Assembly (NCBI GenBank): GCA_041687695.1
Contig: JAWLBL010000001.1
Location: 177,710 to 241,709 of the forward strand
Source of the DNA: Myxococcota bacterium
Lineage (GTDB): Bacteria; Myxococcota_A; UBA9042; PHBI01; JAWLBL01
Direction: 5' to 3'
DNA length: 64,000 nucleotides
Position 1 is the first letter of the stretch, and the number at the start of each line of letters is the position of its first letter. A program made the translations under genes and the position numbers. Below are positions 17,602 through 27,872 of this stretch, piece by piece. The notes under the pieces were generated by a model. The model worked only from the letters and a program-made list of their open reading frames with translations, was not told the origin of the DNA and did not search any database.

Positions 17602-20355
17602 ATGTCCCACGCCACGACCACCCGCCTGTCCGTCACGGGCATGACCTGCGGCCACTGCTCGCGCCGCGTCGATCAGGCCCTGCGCGCCGTCCCGGGCGTC
17701 GTCGACGCCGCCGTCGACCACGCGACGGACCGCGCCGTCGTCACCCACACCGCGGGGACCACCGTCGACGCGCTGGTCCAGGCCGTCGAGGCCGCCGGTT
17801 ACGAGGCCGCGCCCGAGGCCGACACCGACGGCGAGCCCGCCGCAGCCGGGGAGGTCGCGCCGGCGCCCGCGCCCTCCCACGAGCCCGACGAGGCGCCCTC
17901 CCCCACCCCGGCCGTCACGGCCCTGGCCACGGCACGCCTGGACGTCTCGGGCATGCACTGCGCCAGCTGCGTCGCCAGCATCGAAGGCGCGCTGAAGGCC
18001 TACGACGGGGTCCACGACGCCGCGGTCGACCTGCTCGGCGAGCGCGCCGAGGTCCGCTACGACCCGACCGTCGTCTCGCCCCACGATCTGGCGGCCCAGG
18101 TGAACCGCCTCGGTTACCAGGCCCGGGTCGCGACCCAACGCCCGCTGCATCGCCGCGCGGCCGACGAGGACCAGCGCATGCACGGCCGCGAGCGGCTGCT
18201 GCGTTGGAAGATCGCGTTCGCCCTGACGGTCGGCGCGGCCGCGATGGTCCTGTCCATGCCGCTGATGCACGCCCCGGCGGGCGCGGCCGTGCACGACCCG
18301 CTGATGGTCGTCACGATGCCGCTCGACGCCTGGCTGCGCGGCGCCCTGCCCGGGCTCTACGCCCTGGACCACGGCGCGCTGCGCTGGCTGCTGCTGGCCC
18401 TCACCTTCCCGGTCCTGGTCTGGTCCGGCGCCGACTTCCTGGTCCGCGCCGTCCAGGGCGCCCGCCGCGGCTCGGTCGACATGAACACGCTCATCGCGCT
18501 CGGCACCGGCGCGGCGTTCGGGTTCAGCGCCTTCGTCACCGTGGCCCCCGGGCTGCTCGAGCGCCACGGACTGCCGCCCCACGTCTGGTTCGAGGCCGTG
18601 CCCTGGGTCATCGGCCTGGTCCTGCTGGGCAACCTGTTCGAGCAGCGCGCCCGCCGCGAGACCGGCGAGGCGGTGCGCGCCCTGGCCGAGCTGATGCCGC
18701 CCACCGCCCGCGTCGTGCGCGACGGGGCCGAGGTCGAGGTCCCCATCGAGGAGGTCCTGCCCGGCGACCGCGTCCGCGTCCGCCCCGGCGAGCGCGTCCC
18801 GGTCGACGGCCGCGTCGAGGTCGGGCGGGCCAGCGTGGACGAGGCCATGCTGACCGGAGAGGCCCTGCCCGTCCCCAAGGGCCCCGGGGACCTGGTCCTG
18901 ACCGGCACCTTCGACCACGACGGCGCCCTGACCGTGCGCGCCCTGGCCGTCGCGGGCGAGACGACCCTGGACCGCATCGTCGCCCTGGTCGAGCAGGCCC
19001 AGGCCACCAAGCCGGCCATCCAGCGCGTGGCCGATCGGGTCGCCGGCGTCTTCGTCCCGGTCGTCCTCGTCGTGGCCGCGCTCGCCGCGCTGGCCTGGGC
19101 CCTGCTAGGCCCGGCGCCGGGCGCCCTGCACGCGCTCGAGGCCGCGATGACCGTCCTCATCATCGCCTGCCCGTGCGCCATGGGCCTGGCCGTCCCCACC
19201 GCCGTGGCCGTCGCGGTCGGCCGCGCCGCGGGGCTCGGGCTGGTCGTGCGCAGCGGCGACGCCCTCGAGCGGGCGCGGCGGGTGACCACCGTCGTGCTGG
19301 ACAAGACCGGCACGCTGACCCGGGGCCAGCCCGTCGTGGCGTCGTTCCAGCGGCTGCCCGGCGCCCCGGACGAGGCCGAGCTGGCCGCCCTCGCCGGCGC
19401 CGCCGAGGCCCAGAGCGAGCACCCGCTGGCCCGCGCCATCGTGGACTGGGCGCGCGCGCGCGTGGCCTCGGAGATGGCGCTGCCCGAGGCGACGGAGGTC
19501 GTCGCCAGCCCAGGGCGCGGTCTTCGCGCGCTGGTCCGCGGCCGCGCCGTGGCCATCGGGACGCTGGCCTGGGTCGCCGGAGAGGGCGAGGTCGGCCCGG
19601 AGCTGCTCCAGCTGGCCGACGACCTCGGCGCCCGAGGGCAGACGCCGGTCGCCGTCGCGGTCGACGGAGCCGCGGTCGCCTTGTTCGGGCTCGAGGACGC
19701 GCTCGAGCCGACCAGCGCCGGCGCGGTCGCCCGTCTGCGCGCGTTGGGCCTCGAGGTGGTCCTGCTGACCGGCGACCGGCGTCCGGCGGCCCAGGCCATC
19801 GCCGCCCGCGCGGGGATCACGCGCGTGGTCGCCGAGGCCCTGCCCGAGGACAAGGCCGCCGAGATCCAGGCGCTGCGCGACCGGGGCGAGGTCGTGGCCA
19901 TGGTCGGCGACGGCATCAACGACGCGCCGGCCCTGGCGGCCGCCGACGTGGGCCTGGCGATGGGCTCGGGGACGCAGGTGGCCGTCGCCAGCGCCGACGT
20001 CACCGTGATGACGCGCGATCTCGGCGCCGTCGCGGACTTCGTCGCCCTGTCCCGGCAGACCCACCGCGTGGTCCGGCAGAACCTGGGCTGGGCCTTCGGC
20101 TACAACGCGCTGGGCATCCCCATCGCGGCGGGCGCGCTGTATCCGACGCTGGGCATGGCGCTGTCGCCAGTCTTCGCCAGCGCGGCCATGGCCTTCAGCT
20201 CGGTGAGCGTGGTCGGCAACTCGCTACGGCTTCGCGGGGCGCGCCTCGGCCGGGTGCGCCGCGGGCTCGCCGTCGCCGCCGCCCCCGGCCCCGGCCTGAT
20301 CGGCCAGGGCCACGCGCCCGACGGTGGGGCGCAGGCGCTCGAGGACCGCGCGTAG
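17602..20355 (+). CDS. copA: Cu+-type heavy-metal P1B ATPase with two HMA domains
   Basis: GMTCGHC and GMHCASC; TGE, CPC, DKTGT, SEHPL, TGD, GDGINDAP, YN and MAFSS motifs. AGGAG before ATG 17602. Confidence 0.92.
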   Translation: MSHATTTRLSVTGMTCGHCSRRVDQALRAVPGVVDAAVDHATDRAVVTHTAGTTVDALVQAVEAAGYEAAPEADTDGEPAAAGEVAPAPAPSHEPDEAPSPTPAVTALATARLDVSGMHCASCVASIEGALKAYDGVHDAAVDLLGERAEVRYDPTVVSPHDLAAQVNRLGYQARVATQRPLHRRAADEDQRMHGRERLLRWKIAFALTVGAAAMVLSMPLMHAPAGAAVHDPLMVVTMPLDAWLRGALPGLYALDHGALRWLLLALTFPVLVWSGADFLVRAVQGARRGSVDMNTLIALGTGAAFGFSAFVTVAPGLLERHGLPPHVWFEAVPWVIGLVLLGNLFEQRARRETGEAVRALAELMPPTARVVRDGAEVEVPIEEVLPGDRVRVRPGERVPVDGRVEVGRASVDEAMLTGEALPVPKGPGDLVLTGTFDHDGALTVRALAVAGETTLDRIVALVEQAQATKPAIQRVADRVAGVFVPVVLVVAALAALAWALLGPAPGALHALEAAMTVLIIACPCAMGLAVPTAVAVAVGRAAGLGLVVRSGDALERARRVTTVVLDKTGTLTRGQPVVASFQRLPGAPDEAELAALAGAAEAQSEHPLARAIVDWARARVASEMALPEATEVVASPGRGLRALVRGRAVAIGTLAWVAGEGEVGPELLQLADDLGARGQTPVAVAVDGAAVALFGLEDALEPTSAGAVARLRALGLEVVLLTGDRRPAAQAIAARAGITRVVAEALPEDKAAEIQALRDRGEVVAMVGDGINDAPALAAADVGLAMGSGTQVAVASADVTVMTRDLGAVADFVALSRQTHRVVRQNLGWAFGYNALGIPIAAGALYPTLGMALSPVFASAAMAFSSVSVVGNSLRLRGARLGRVRRGLAVAAAPGPGLIGQGHAPDGGAQALEDRA

Positions 20356-22125
20356 GGTCGCCTCGAGCTCGCGCAGCCGCCCGGCGGCTTCGGGCTGGGT
20401 GACCGAGCGCTGCAGGGCGTGCAGCGGGCTCTCGGGGTCGGCCGACACAAGGCGCGCCAGCGTCAAGGCCGCCTGGACGACGCCGGCCTCGTGGGGCTCG
20501 GTCGCGGTCGGCACCGACAGCGGCGAGGGCGAGCTGGCCGAGGCGCGGCCCGTGGTGGCCGCGGTCCGGACCGAGGCGACGCGATCGCGGCCGCTCTGCT
20601 TGGCGGCGTACAGGGCCTGGTCGGCGCGACGGACCAGCTCCTCGGCGTCGAGGGCGTCGGCCGGGCAGCAGGCGACGCCCACGCTGACGGTCACCGACAA
20701 CGCCGCCAGGCCCGCGCCGCAGTTGGTCGGCGCGTGCACCGGCGCGCCGCGCACCAGCGCACGGATCTTGTCGGCGGCCTGCAGGGCCTCGTCCGGACCG
20801 GTGCTGGGCAGGATGATCACGAACTCTTCGCCGCCGTAGCGCGCCACGAGATCGCTGGCTCGGGTCGCCTGGCCCAGGCGGCGCGCGATCTCGCGAAGGA
20901 CGGCGTCCCCGGTCGGGTGGCCGAAGGTGTCGTTGACCTCCTTGAAGTGGTCGAGGTCCAGCATGAGGAGCGCGAACGAGCCGCCGTAGCGCTCGGCCCG
21001 CTTGAGCTCGCTGCGCAGGTGCTCCTGGCAGTAGCCGCGGTTGTACAGCCCCGTCAGCGGGTCGATGATGGCGGCCAGGAAGGCCTGATCGCGCGCCACC
21101 TGCATGGTCCGCAGGCGCTCCTGGCGGCGCAGGACCCCCGAGACGCGGGCCTCGAGCTCCGTCGGCGGGACGTCGGCGGGCAGGTAGTCCTCGACGCCCG
21201 CCTCGAAGGCGCGGATGCGGTGGGCCGCGCTGGGGGCGTCGTCCATCACGACGACGCCGGCGGGCATGGCCTCGGCGGCGAGGGCCTCGAAGGCGCCGTA
21301 GGACACGATCAGCGCGCGGCGGCCCTGCCGTCCGCCGGCGTCGAGGGCCTGGGCCTCGGCGAGGTGGGCGACGGCGCGGCGGAGATCGCGCTCGGTGACC
21401 ACGCGCGTGCGCTCGAAGCCGTCGAGGGTCGCGGCCACGCGCGCGCGGACCGACGGGTTGTCGTGGGCGACGACCACCACGTCGCGCGGCTCGCCGTCGT
21501 CGGCGCCCCGGGGGGCCTCGTCGTCGGCGAACATCCGCGAGATGGCCTCGCGCTGGGCCGACAGACGGCCGCGCAGCTCGCCGAGCGCGATGAGCGACCG
21601 GACGCGCGCGACCAGCTCGCCGTCGCTGACGGACTTGGTCAGGAAGTCGTCGGCGCCGGCCTCGAGGCCCTCGACCGTGTCGTCGGTCGAGTCGAGGCTG
21701 GTGAGGAGCAGGATCGGCGTCTGCCGGGTGCGGGGCCGCGCGCGCAGGGCCCGGGTGAGCGCGAGGCCGTCGAGGTCGGGCATGCGCACGTCGACGATGA
21801 CGAGATCGATGGCCTCGGGGTCGGCCTCGGCGCGCTCGAGCGCGGCACGCCCCGAGTCGCAGGTCAGCACCTCGAGGCCGGCGCGGGAGAGCTTGTCGCG
21901 CAGCACCTCGAGGACCAGCGGGCTGTCGTCGACGAGCAGCACCCGGCCATCGCCCTCGACGGCGGGCCGAGGCGGGTGCACGGCCATCAGCTCGCGGGTC
22001 GTGCGGAACAGCCACGACAGCTCGGAGCCGCCGCCGCCGCGCCGCCCGTGAGGCCCGGAGGACGCCGGGCCGGGTCGGGCCGCCGCGGTGGAGGTCCTGG
22101 GATCGTCGTCGCCGGATGCCGCCAT
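20224..22125 (-). CDS. PleD-like response-regulator diguanylate cyclase (REC, degenerate REC, GGDEF)
   Basis: LLVDD..DVRMP..GADDFLTK receiver domain, RASD I-site and GGEEF. Start could alternatively be 21987. Confidence 0.85.
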   Translation of the reverse strand: MAASGDDDPRTSTAAARPGPASSGPHGRRGGGGSELSWLFRTTRELMAVHPPRPAVEGDGRVLLVDDSPLVLEVLRDKLSRAGLEVLTCDSGRAALERAEADPEAIDLVIVDVRMPDLDGLALTRALRARPRTRQTPILLLTSLDSTDDTVEGLEAGADDFLTKSVSDGELVARVRSLIALGELRGRLSAQREAISRMFADDEAPRGADDGEPRDVVVVAHDNPSVRARVAATLDGFERTRVVTERDLRRAVAHLAEAQALDAGGRQGRRALIVSYGAFEALAAEAMPAGVVVMDDAPSAAHRIRAFEAGVEDYLPADVPPTELEARVSGVLRRQERLRTMQVARDQAFLAAIIDPLTGLYNRGYCQEHLRSELKRAERYGGSFALLMLDLDHFKEVNDTFGHPTGDAVLREIARRLGQATRASDLVARYGGEEFVIILPSTGPDEALQAADKIRALVRGAPVHAPTNCGAGLAALSVTVSVGVACCPADALDAEELVRRADQALYAAKQSGRDRVASVRTAATTGRASASSPSPLSVPTATEPHEAGVVQAALTLARLVSADPESPLHALQRSVTQPEAAGRLRELEATLRAVLERLRPTVGRVALADQAGAGGGGDGEPAAHPAEARPAKP

Positions 22126-22259
22126 GCCCACGGAACGCCCTCGAGGCCCGGAGAAATCCCGGCTGCCCGCGCCGATCTCCATCGCCGGCGGACGCCCAGC
22201 CTGGGTCCCGACGTCGTCCGCGCCTGGGGGCGAGGCGCCGGGTCTGCGCAGCCCGCGGC

Positions 22260-22664
22260 TCATCCCGGCCGATCGTAGTAGAAGCGTTCGTGGACGACGA
22301 AGCCGTCGAGCCAGCGGCGCACGGCGACCTGCTCCATCACCAGGCGCGTTCCGGTCCGGAGGTCGAACGCGTAGCGCCACTCGGACAGGGTCACGTCGTC
22401 GCCTACGGCGGTGGACAGCAGCGTCACCTCGTCGATGCGCGCGACCTCGTTCAGGAAGCCCTCCTGGCGCTGCCGATTGCTCGCCTTGCCTTCGGTCGCC
22501 GGGGCCCCGGGCTCTTGCATGATCACGTGCTCGGCGTAGTGGCGCTCGAACGCGTCGAGCAGCCGGCCCTCGAGGATGAGGGCGTTCAGCGCACGCTCGC
22601 GCGCGACCAGCGCGTCGCGCGCCGGCGGGGATCGATCCATGCAGCCTCCGTGGGGATGGGCCAC
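22260..22664 (-). CDS. SnoaL/NTF2-like protein
   Basis: AFERHYAEHVIMQE and EQVAVRRWLDGFVVHERFYY motifs. Confidence 0.75.
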   Translation of the reverse strand: MAHPHGGCMDRSPPARDALVARERALNALILEGRLLDAFERHYAEHVIMQEPGAPATEGKASNRQRQEGFLNEVARIDEVTLLSTAVGDDVTLSEWRYAFDLRTGTRLVMEQVAVRRWLDGFVVHERFYYDRPG

Positions 22665-22683
22665 GCGTACCGCAAAAGCGCAA

Positions 22684-23838
22684 TCACCGCCAGAGGGGGT
22701 CCCGCGAGATCGGGTAATCGTGCAGGTCCTGCGGCACGAGCGGCCACTGGCCGGGGGCGTCCGGATCGAAGACCGGGTAGCGCCCGGCGTCGATGGCCTC
22801 GCGCGTGGTCAGCACGGGGCCGGCGTCGAGGGTGCGGATCCAGTAGAGGTCGGGCGGCAGGATGTCCTGGCGGGGCACGTCCAGCGGCTCGCCGTACGCG
22901 GTCGCGAGCAGCATGGCCGGGAAGTTCGCGCCGGCGGCCGTGTAGAAGTAGTGGGTCGTGCCGAAGCGGCCTGCGTTCAGCTCGGTGATGCGGGGGCGAC
23001 CGTCGGCGTCGCCCTTGAGATCGACGAAGCAGACGCCGGTGAAGGCGCGGTCGAGGGCGAGGGCGGCGGCCTCGCCGATCCGGTTGAGCTCGGGGTCGTG
23101 GACGGTGTGGCTGATGGCCGGGGCGCCGGTGATCCCGGACGGGCTGACGTGCGGGATGACGTAGGCGAGGCGGCGGCGGCCCTGGCTGGTGACGAGGCGC
23201 CCGGCGTCGAACAGGCCCATCCAGGTCAGGTTGTCGCCGGGCAGGAACTCGGAGGCGATCATGCCGCCCCAGCCATTCCAGTAGTCGACCCAATGGATGG
23301 CCTGGTCGACGGTGCGGCACGGCAGGCTGGCGACGCCGATGCCCTTGCCCGGGATGCCGGCGCCGCGGACCCAGACGGGCGCGTCCGGCTCGCGCTGCAG
23401 CCGCGGGAAGACGGCGCGCAGGGTCGCGGGGGCGTCGATGAGGTGCGTCTCGGGCACCGGGAGGCCGGCGTCGCGCCAGATCTCGTGGCTGGCCCACTTG
23501 CTGTCGGCCAGGGCGAGCGTGGCCGGATCGGGCAGGAAGACGCGGGCTTGCAGGCGATCGCGCGCCTCGCTCAGGGCGGCTATCTCGATGGACCCGTTGG
23601 GCATCACGAAGTCGATGGCGTGCGTGTCGACGAGGCGGTTCAAGGCGTCGAGGAAGGCCTCGCGGTCGCGGGTCCGCGGGACCAGGGCCCGTACGTGGCC
23701 GAGCGCGAGGAACGCGTAGTAGGGTGACGCCTCCACGCACGCAACGAACGGACAGGGTGTCATCGCCAGCAGCGACCGTGTCAGGTTGACCGCGCCGGGT
23801 CCGCCCGCGCTGGTCACCAGGATGCGTCGTCGCGTCAT
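22684..23838 (-). CDS. ATP-grasp domain protein
   Basis: ILVTSAGG, DSKWASH..GLPVPET, SEFLPG and VDLKGDADGRPRITELNAGRFG motifs. Confidence 0.8.
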   Translation of the reverse strand: MTRRRILVTSAGGPGAVNLTRSLLAMTPCPFVACVEASPYYAFLALGHVRALVPRTRDREAFLDALNRLVDTHAIDFVMPNGSIEIAALSEARDRLQARVFLPDPATLALADSKWASHEIWRDAGLPVPETHLIDAPATLRAVFPRLQREPDAPVWVRGAGIPGKGIGVASLPCRTVDQAIHWVDYWNGWGGMIASEFLPGDNLTWMGLFDAGRLVTSQGRRRLAYVIPHVSPSGITGAPAISHTVHDPELNRIGEAAALALDRAFTGVCFVDLKGDADGRPRITELNAGRFGTTHYFYTAAGANFPAMLLATAYGEPLDVPRQDILPPDLYWIRTLDAGPVLTTREAIDAGRYPVFDPDAPGQWPLVPQDLHDYPISRDPLWR

Positions 23839-23929
23839 CGCTCCCCCCTCCCTCGGGACGGCCGAAACCCTCCGGGGCCGGCCCTCGGAGCGGCCATCTT
23901 AGGGGCTCCGGGGCAGCGGGGGAATCAAG

Positions 23930-23959
23930 TTGACAGCCTTCCGAACCGACGAGTAGAAG
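23930..23959 (+). promoter_or_regulatory. Candidate sigma70-type promoter; transcript possibly leaderless
   Basis: TTGACA (23930-23935), 18-nt spacer, TAGAAG (23954-23959). ATG 23968 lies 8 nt downstream with no SD sequence. Confidence 0.4.
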
Positions 23960-23967
23960 CGCCACCA

Positions 23968-25323
23968 ATGTCGGACCACACGCCGCGCACTGACATCCAG
24001 AGCCCGAAGCACCTCGCCGCCGCGGGCGGCCCGGGTGCGCGGATGAACGTCCTGTCCTACGAGCTGGGCCGACTCCGGCAGACCCTGCCGCTGCTCGTCA
24101 GCCGCTGCATGGCCTACAGCGCCATGTCGCGCTTCGACGACGAGCTCATCGCCGCGGTCAAGGAGTTCTACGGGCTCGAGCTCGACGTCGCGACCGCCGA
24201 GGCCGAGATCCTGGAGGAGGAGGACGAGCGGGTCCGCTTCTTCCCGTGGTTCCTGTGGGACTGGCGATCGGGCGCCGGCGGCGGCAAGGACGTCGCCATG
24301 CGCACCATCGGCGAGCGCTACATGGACGAGCCGGGGCACGGACTGCACGAGCTGAAGCTGCTGCAGGCCCTGTGCGCCTCGTACGTGGGCTTCTACGAGG
24401 CGCTCGAGGACGCGTCCGCCGTGGGCGTCCGCCTGCGTGATCTGGCGAGCGGCGAGATCCTCCGCGTGTCGGACGAGGGCCTGGCCGGCGACGTGTTCTC
24501 GGGCCACATCGTTCAGGCGCGCCTGCTCCGCATCCCGGCCAGCGACGGGCCGTGCGTCCTGGTCGACGCCATCTACGCGACCCTGCCCCCCGAGGCCCGC
24601 CCGGCCATCCAGGTCGAGCTCGAGAGCCTGGGCGCGACCGACGGCGATCCGGCGGCCTGCCTGAAGACCTATGTCGCCGAGATGCTTCACTTCGCCGACC
24701 ACCTGCTCGAGACGTTGGCGCGCCCGCCCGAGGCCGACAACGGCGACGGCGATCCGATGATCCTGTCGCGCAGCCGGCTGGCCGGGGCCGACGCGGCGAC
24801 GGTCACGCGCGCGTTGGCCGCTGGCGTCGAGGGCTTCTCGATGGTCGAGCCCGGTCTGTGGCAATACGCGCCGCTCGGCGCCCCGCGCGGCTTCGTCGAC
24901 GCCCGCTCGCAGCGGCGCGTGGTCCTGGCGGCCAACAGCCCGACGCGGCTCGAGGCCCTCGAGGCGGCGATCTCGGGCGCCACCGAGGTCACCCGTCCCG
25001 CCCTGCGCAGCCTCGAGGAGTTCACCTCGGCCGTGCAGCGCTGGGCCGAGCACGGCGGCGGCGACACCTGGCTGCGCCTCGATCCCGACGTGCCGCGCGC
25101 CGTCGCCGAGTGGTTCACCGCCTGGGTCCGACAGTGGCTCGACATGCCCTCGCCGATGCTGGGCGACCGCACCCCTCGCGAGGCCGTCGGGCACACCGAC
25201 GGGCGCCGCCGCGTCGAGGCCCTGCTCAGCCGCTTCGAGCGCCTGCAGCTCGGCACGCTCGCCGCCGCCGCCGACGAGGCCGTGGTCACCCTCGAGCACG
25301 TCCGCCTCGAGCTGGGGCTCTGA
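23968..25323 (+). CDS. Hypothetical protein with a C-terminal MbcA/Xre-antitoxin-like (DUF2384-type) motif
   Basis: WLDMPSPMLGDRTPREAV motif and coding-like codon usage. Confidence 0.6.
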   Translation: MSDHTPRTDIQSPKHLAAAGGPGARMNVLSYELGRLRQTLPLLVSRCMAYSAMSRFDDELIAAVKEFYGLELDVATAEAEILEEEDERVRFFPWFLWDWRSGAGGGKDVAMRTIGERYMDEPGHGLHELKLLQALCASYVGFYEALEDASAVGVRLRDLASGEILRVSDEGLAGDVFSGHIVQARLLRIPASDGPCVLVDAIYATLPPEARPAIQVELESLGATDGDPAACLKTYVAEMLHFADHLLETLARPPEADNGDGDPMILSRSRLAGADAATVTRALAAGVEGFSMVEPGLWQYAPLGAPRGFVDARSQRRVVLAANSPTRLEALEAAISGATEVTRPALRSLEEFTSAVQRWAEHGGGDTWLRLDPDVPRAVAEWFTAWVRQWLDMPSPMLGDRTPREAVGHTDGRRRVEALLSRFERLQLGTLAAAADEAVVTLEHVRLELGL

Positions 25324-25326
25324 CGG

Positions 25327-25740
25327 ATGCCCATGTCGCTCGAAGCGGGACAGCAGGCTTCGCTCGCCAAGACCGTCACCGAGGCCGACGTGGTCCTCTT
25401 CGCCGGGCTGTCGCTCGACACCAACCCGGTGCACGTCGACGAGGGCTACGCCCGCACCACCCGGTTCGGCGGCCGCATCGTCCACGGGATGTGGACGGCC
25501 GGCCTCATCTCGGCCGTCATTGGCACGCGCCTGCCCGGGCCCGGGTCGATCTACCTCAGCCAGACGCTGAAGTTCCGCGCCCCGGTGCGCATCGGCGACA
25601 CCATCACCGCGCGGGTCACGGTCAAGGCGGTCCGGCCGGACAAGCCCATCGTCACCCTCGAGACCGTCGCCGACAACCAACACGGAGAGCGCGTCGTCGA
25701 GGGCGAGGCCCTCATCCTGCTGGAGCCGCCGAACGCCTGA
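25327..25740 (+). CDS. MaoC-family (R)-enoyl-CoA hydratase / dehydratase
   Basis: FAGLSLDTNPVHVD, RIVHGM and LPGPGSIYLSQTLKFRAPV motifs. Confidence 0.9.
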   Translation: MPMSLEAGQQASLAKTVTEADVVLFAGLSLDTNPVHVDEGYARTTRFGGRIVHGMWTAGLISAVIGTRLPGPGSIYLSQTLKFRAPVRIGDTITARVTVKAVRPDKPIVTLETVADNQHGERVVEGEALILLEPPNA

Positions 25741-25744
25741 CCCA

Positions 25745-26821
25745 ATGGACTGGCTGGATCACGTCACCTACGGCAACTCGCTGCGCACCTGGCTCCTGGC
25801 CCTGGTCGTGGCCGCCGCGACGTACGCCGGCCTCAAGGCGCTCGAGTGGCTGGTCCTCAAGCGCGTCGCGCAGTTCACCAAGGGCACGAAGAACCGGCTT
25901 GACGATCTGGCCCTCGGGGTCCTCGGGCACACGCGCCCGTGGTTCCTGGCCGTCATGGCCTTGTTCGCGGGCTCGCAGCTGCTCCTGCTGCCCGGCAAGG
26001 CGAGCAGCCTCGTCAGCCTCGTCGCGGTCCTGACGCTGGTGGCGCAGGCCATCCTGTGGGGCAACGCCGCCATCGGCCTGTTCGTCGAGGACTACGCCGC
26101 GCGCCGCCTCGAGCACGACGCCGCCAGCGCCACCACCGTGAAGTTCCTGGGCTTTCTGGCGCGGCTGGTCCTCGTCGTCATCCTGCTCCTGGTGGCCCTC
26201 GACACGCTGGGCGTCGACATCACGGCGCTCGTCGCCGGCCTCGGCATCGGCGGCATCGCCATCGCGCTCGCCGCCCAGACCATCCTGGGCGATCTCTTCG
26301 CCTCGCTCTCCATCGTGCTCGACAAGCCGTTCGTCATCGGCGACTTCATCATCGTCGACACGCTGATGGGCACCGTCGAGCACATCGGCCTCAAGACGAC
26401 CCGCGTGCGCAGCCTGTCGGGCGAGCAGCTCGTCTTCGCGAACGCCGATCTCCTCAAGAGCCGCGTCCGCAACTACAAGCGGATGTTCGAGCGGCGCATC
26501 GTGTTCGGCTTCGGCGTCACCTACGACACGCCGCCCGAGACCCTGCGCCGCATCCCCGAGCTGTGCCGCCAGCTGGTCGAGGCCTTGCCCGACACGCGCT
26601 TCGACCGTGCCCACTTCGCCAAGTTCGGCCCGTCGTCGCTGGACTTCGAGGTCGTCTACTACCTGCTCGTCCCCGACTACGGCGTCTACATGGACCGCCA
26701 GCAGGCCATCAACCTGGGCCTGGTCGAAGGCCTCGCCGAGCTGCAGGTCGAGTTCGCCTTCCCGACCCAGACCCTGTACGTCAAGCCCGAGCCCAGCGAG
26801 CCGCCCGCGCAGGGACGCTGA
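25745..26821 (+). CDS. MscS-family mechanosensitive channel
   Basis: GLGIGGIAIALAAQ, DKPFVIGD, GTVEHIGLKTT and FAFPTQT motifs. Confidence 0.92.
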   Translation: MDWLDHVTYGNSLRTWLLALVVAAATYAGLKALEWLVLKRVAQFTKGTKNRLDDLALGVLGHTRPWFLAVMALFAGSQLLLLPGKASSLVSLVAVLTLVAQAILWGNAAIGLFVEDYAARRLEHDAASATTVKFLGFLARLVLVVILLLVALDTLGVDITALVAGLGIGGIAIALAAQTILGDLFASLSIVLDKPFVIGDFIIVDTLMGTVEHIGLKTTRVRSLSGEQLVFANADLLKSRVRNYKRMFERRIVFGFGVTYDTPPETLRRIPELCRQLVEALPDTRFDRAHFAKFGPSSLDFEVVYYLLVPDYGVYMDRQQAINLGLVEGLAELQVEFAFPTQTLYVKPEPSEPPAQGR

Positions 26822-26831
26822 CCGGCCCGCC

Positions 26832-27083
26832 TCAGCCCGGCTCGGCCGCCAGGTCCTCGCCCAGCTCGAAGTACTTGCAGAAGGCCAGCGCGCCGCTGGG
26901 TTCGATGGCGCGGTGCTCGCCCACCAGGAAGTGGTTCGGGTAGCCCATCGAGCAGCTCCAGCTGGCCCGGTGCAGGTGGGCGCAGCCGTCGCAGCGGAAC
27001 ACCAGGCCGTAACGCGCCGCCTCCTCGCGGAAGCGCTCGTTGGCGCCCGCGATGTCGCGCAGATCGTCGTCGGTCGCCCTCAT
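26832..27083 (-). CDS. Small Cys-rich hypothetical protein (83 aa)
   Basis: MRATDDDL..FRCDGCAH..CSMGYP..FCKYFELG. ATG overlaps the upstream stop (ATGA), with GAGGAG before it. Confidence 0.7.
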   Translation of the reverse strand: MRATDDDLRDIAGANERFREEAARYGLVFRCDGCAHLHRASWSCSMGYPNHFLVGEHRAIEPSGALAFCKYFELGEDLAAEPG

Positions 27084-27805
27084 GGCCGCTGCTCCTCGAG
27101 CCGGGTCTTCTGCGCCATCCACGCGTCCCGCTGCGCCGGCGTCGAGATGCGCCGCCCCGCCCGCGCGTGGGCCGCCAGGCGGCGCTGCGGGTCGGGCGTC
27201 AGCTCGGCCTCGACCCACGCCGCGAGGAACCCCTCGTCGCCCAGGGCCGGCAGCAGCTCGCGCGCCTCGTCCACGCGCCCGGCGTCCAGCAGCAGCAGGG
27301 CCGCGAAGGGCGTCAGCCCCCCGACCTCGCCCGCCGCCAGCGGCCGCCGCGCCCAGCGCAGCGCCACCTCCGGACGCCCGCCGCGGCACGCCGTCCACGC
27401 CAGCGCCGCCTGCACCGGCCGCGCCGGCTCGAGCTGCTCGTCGCCGACCCGCAGCGCCGGCGTCCGCCCCAGCACGTGCCGGGTCAGAAACCGCTGCGCC
27501 GACTTCGCGTCCACCGCGCGGCCGCCCGCCGGGTGGAACACGCGCCGCGCCTCGCCCAGCAGCCGGTCCAGCGCCCGCGCCAGCGCGTCGTGGGCCCGCC
27601 CGAGCCGCTTCGGGTCGCTGCCCGCCCGGTCCATCGCGACGAACGCGCTCCGATAGGGCGCCAGCTGGCGGACCGGGTCCTTGGGGCCCGGCAGGTGCTC
27701 GAGCAGCGCGCACGGCTCGCCCCCCGCCGGGGGCGCGGCGAGGGCGGGCCCGACCGCGAGGGTCGCGAGCAGTGAGGCCAAGACGAGACGGCGGGCGGGT
27801 GTCAC
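27080..27805 (-). CDS. Exported helical hypothetical protein
   Basis: Signal-like RRLVLASLLATLAVGPALA after GTG 27805; GC3-rich frame. Confidence 0.55.
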   Translation of the reverse strand: MTPARRLVLASLLATLAVGPALAAPPAGGEPCALLEHLPGPKDPVRQLAPYRSAFVAMDRAGSDPKRLGRAHDALARALDRLLGEARRVFHPAGGRAVDAKSAQRFLTRHVLGRTPALRVGDEQLEPARPVQAALAWTACRGGRPEVALRWARRPLAAGEVGGLTPFAALLLLDAGRVDEARELLPALGDEGFLAAWVEAELTPDPQRRLAAHARAGRRISTPAQRDAWMAQKTRLEEQRP

Positions 27806-27872
27806 GAGGCGAAAGCTAGCCCGCACGGTGCCGGCTTGCCAAGCCTCGGCGCGGGCCCGATACTCGGCGGCC

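Noticed and set aside
23968..25323. Toxin-antitoxin module
   Set aside because: Only an antitoxin-like C-terminal motif in a 451-aa protein, with no adjacent RES or other toxin gene.
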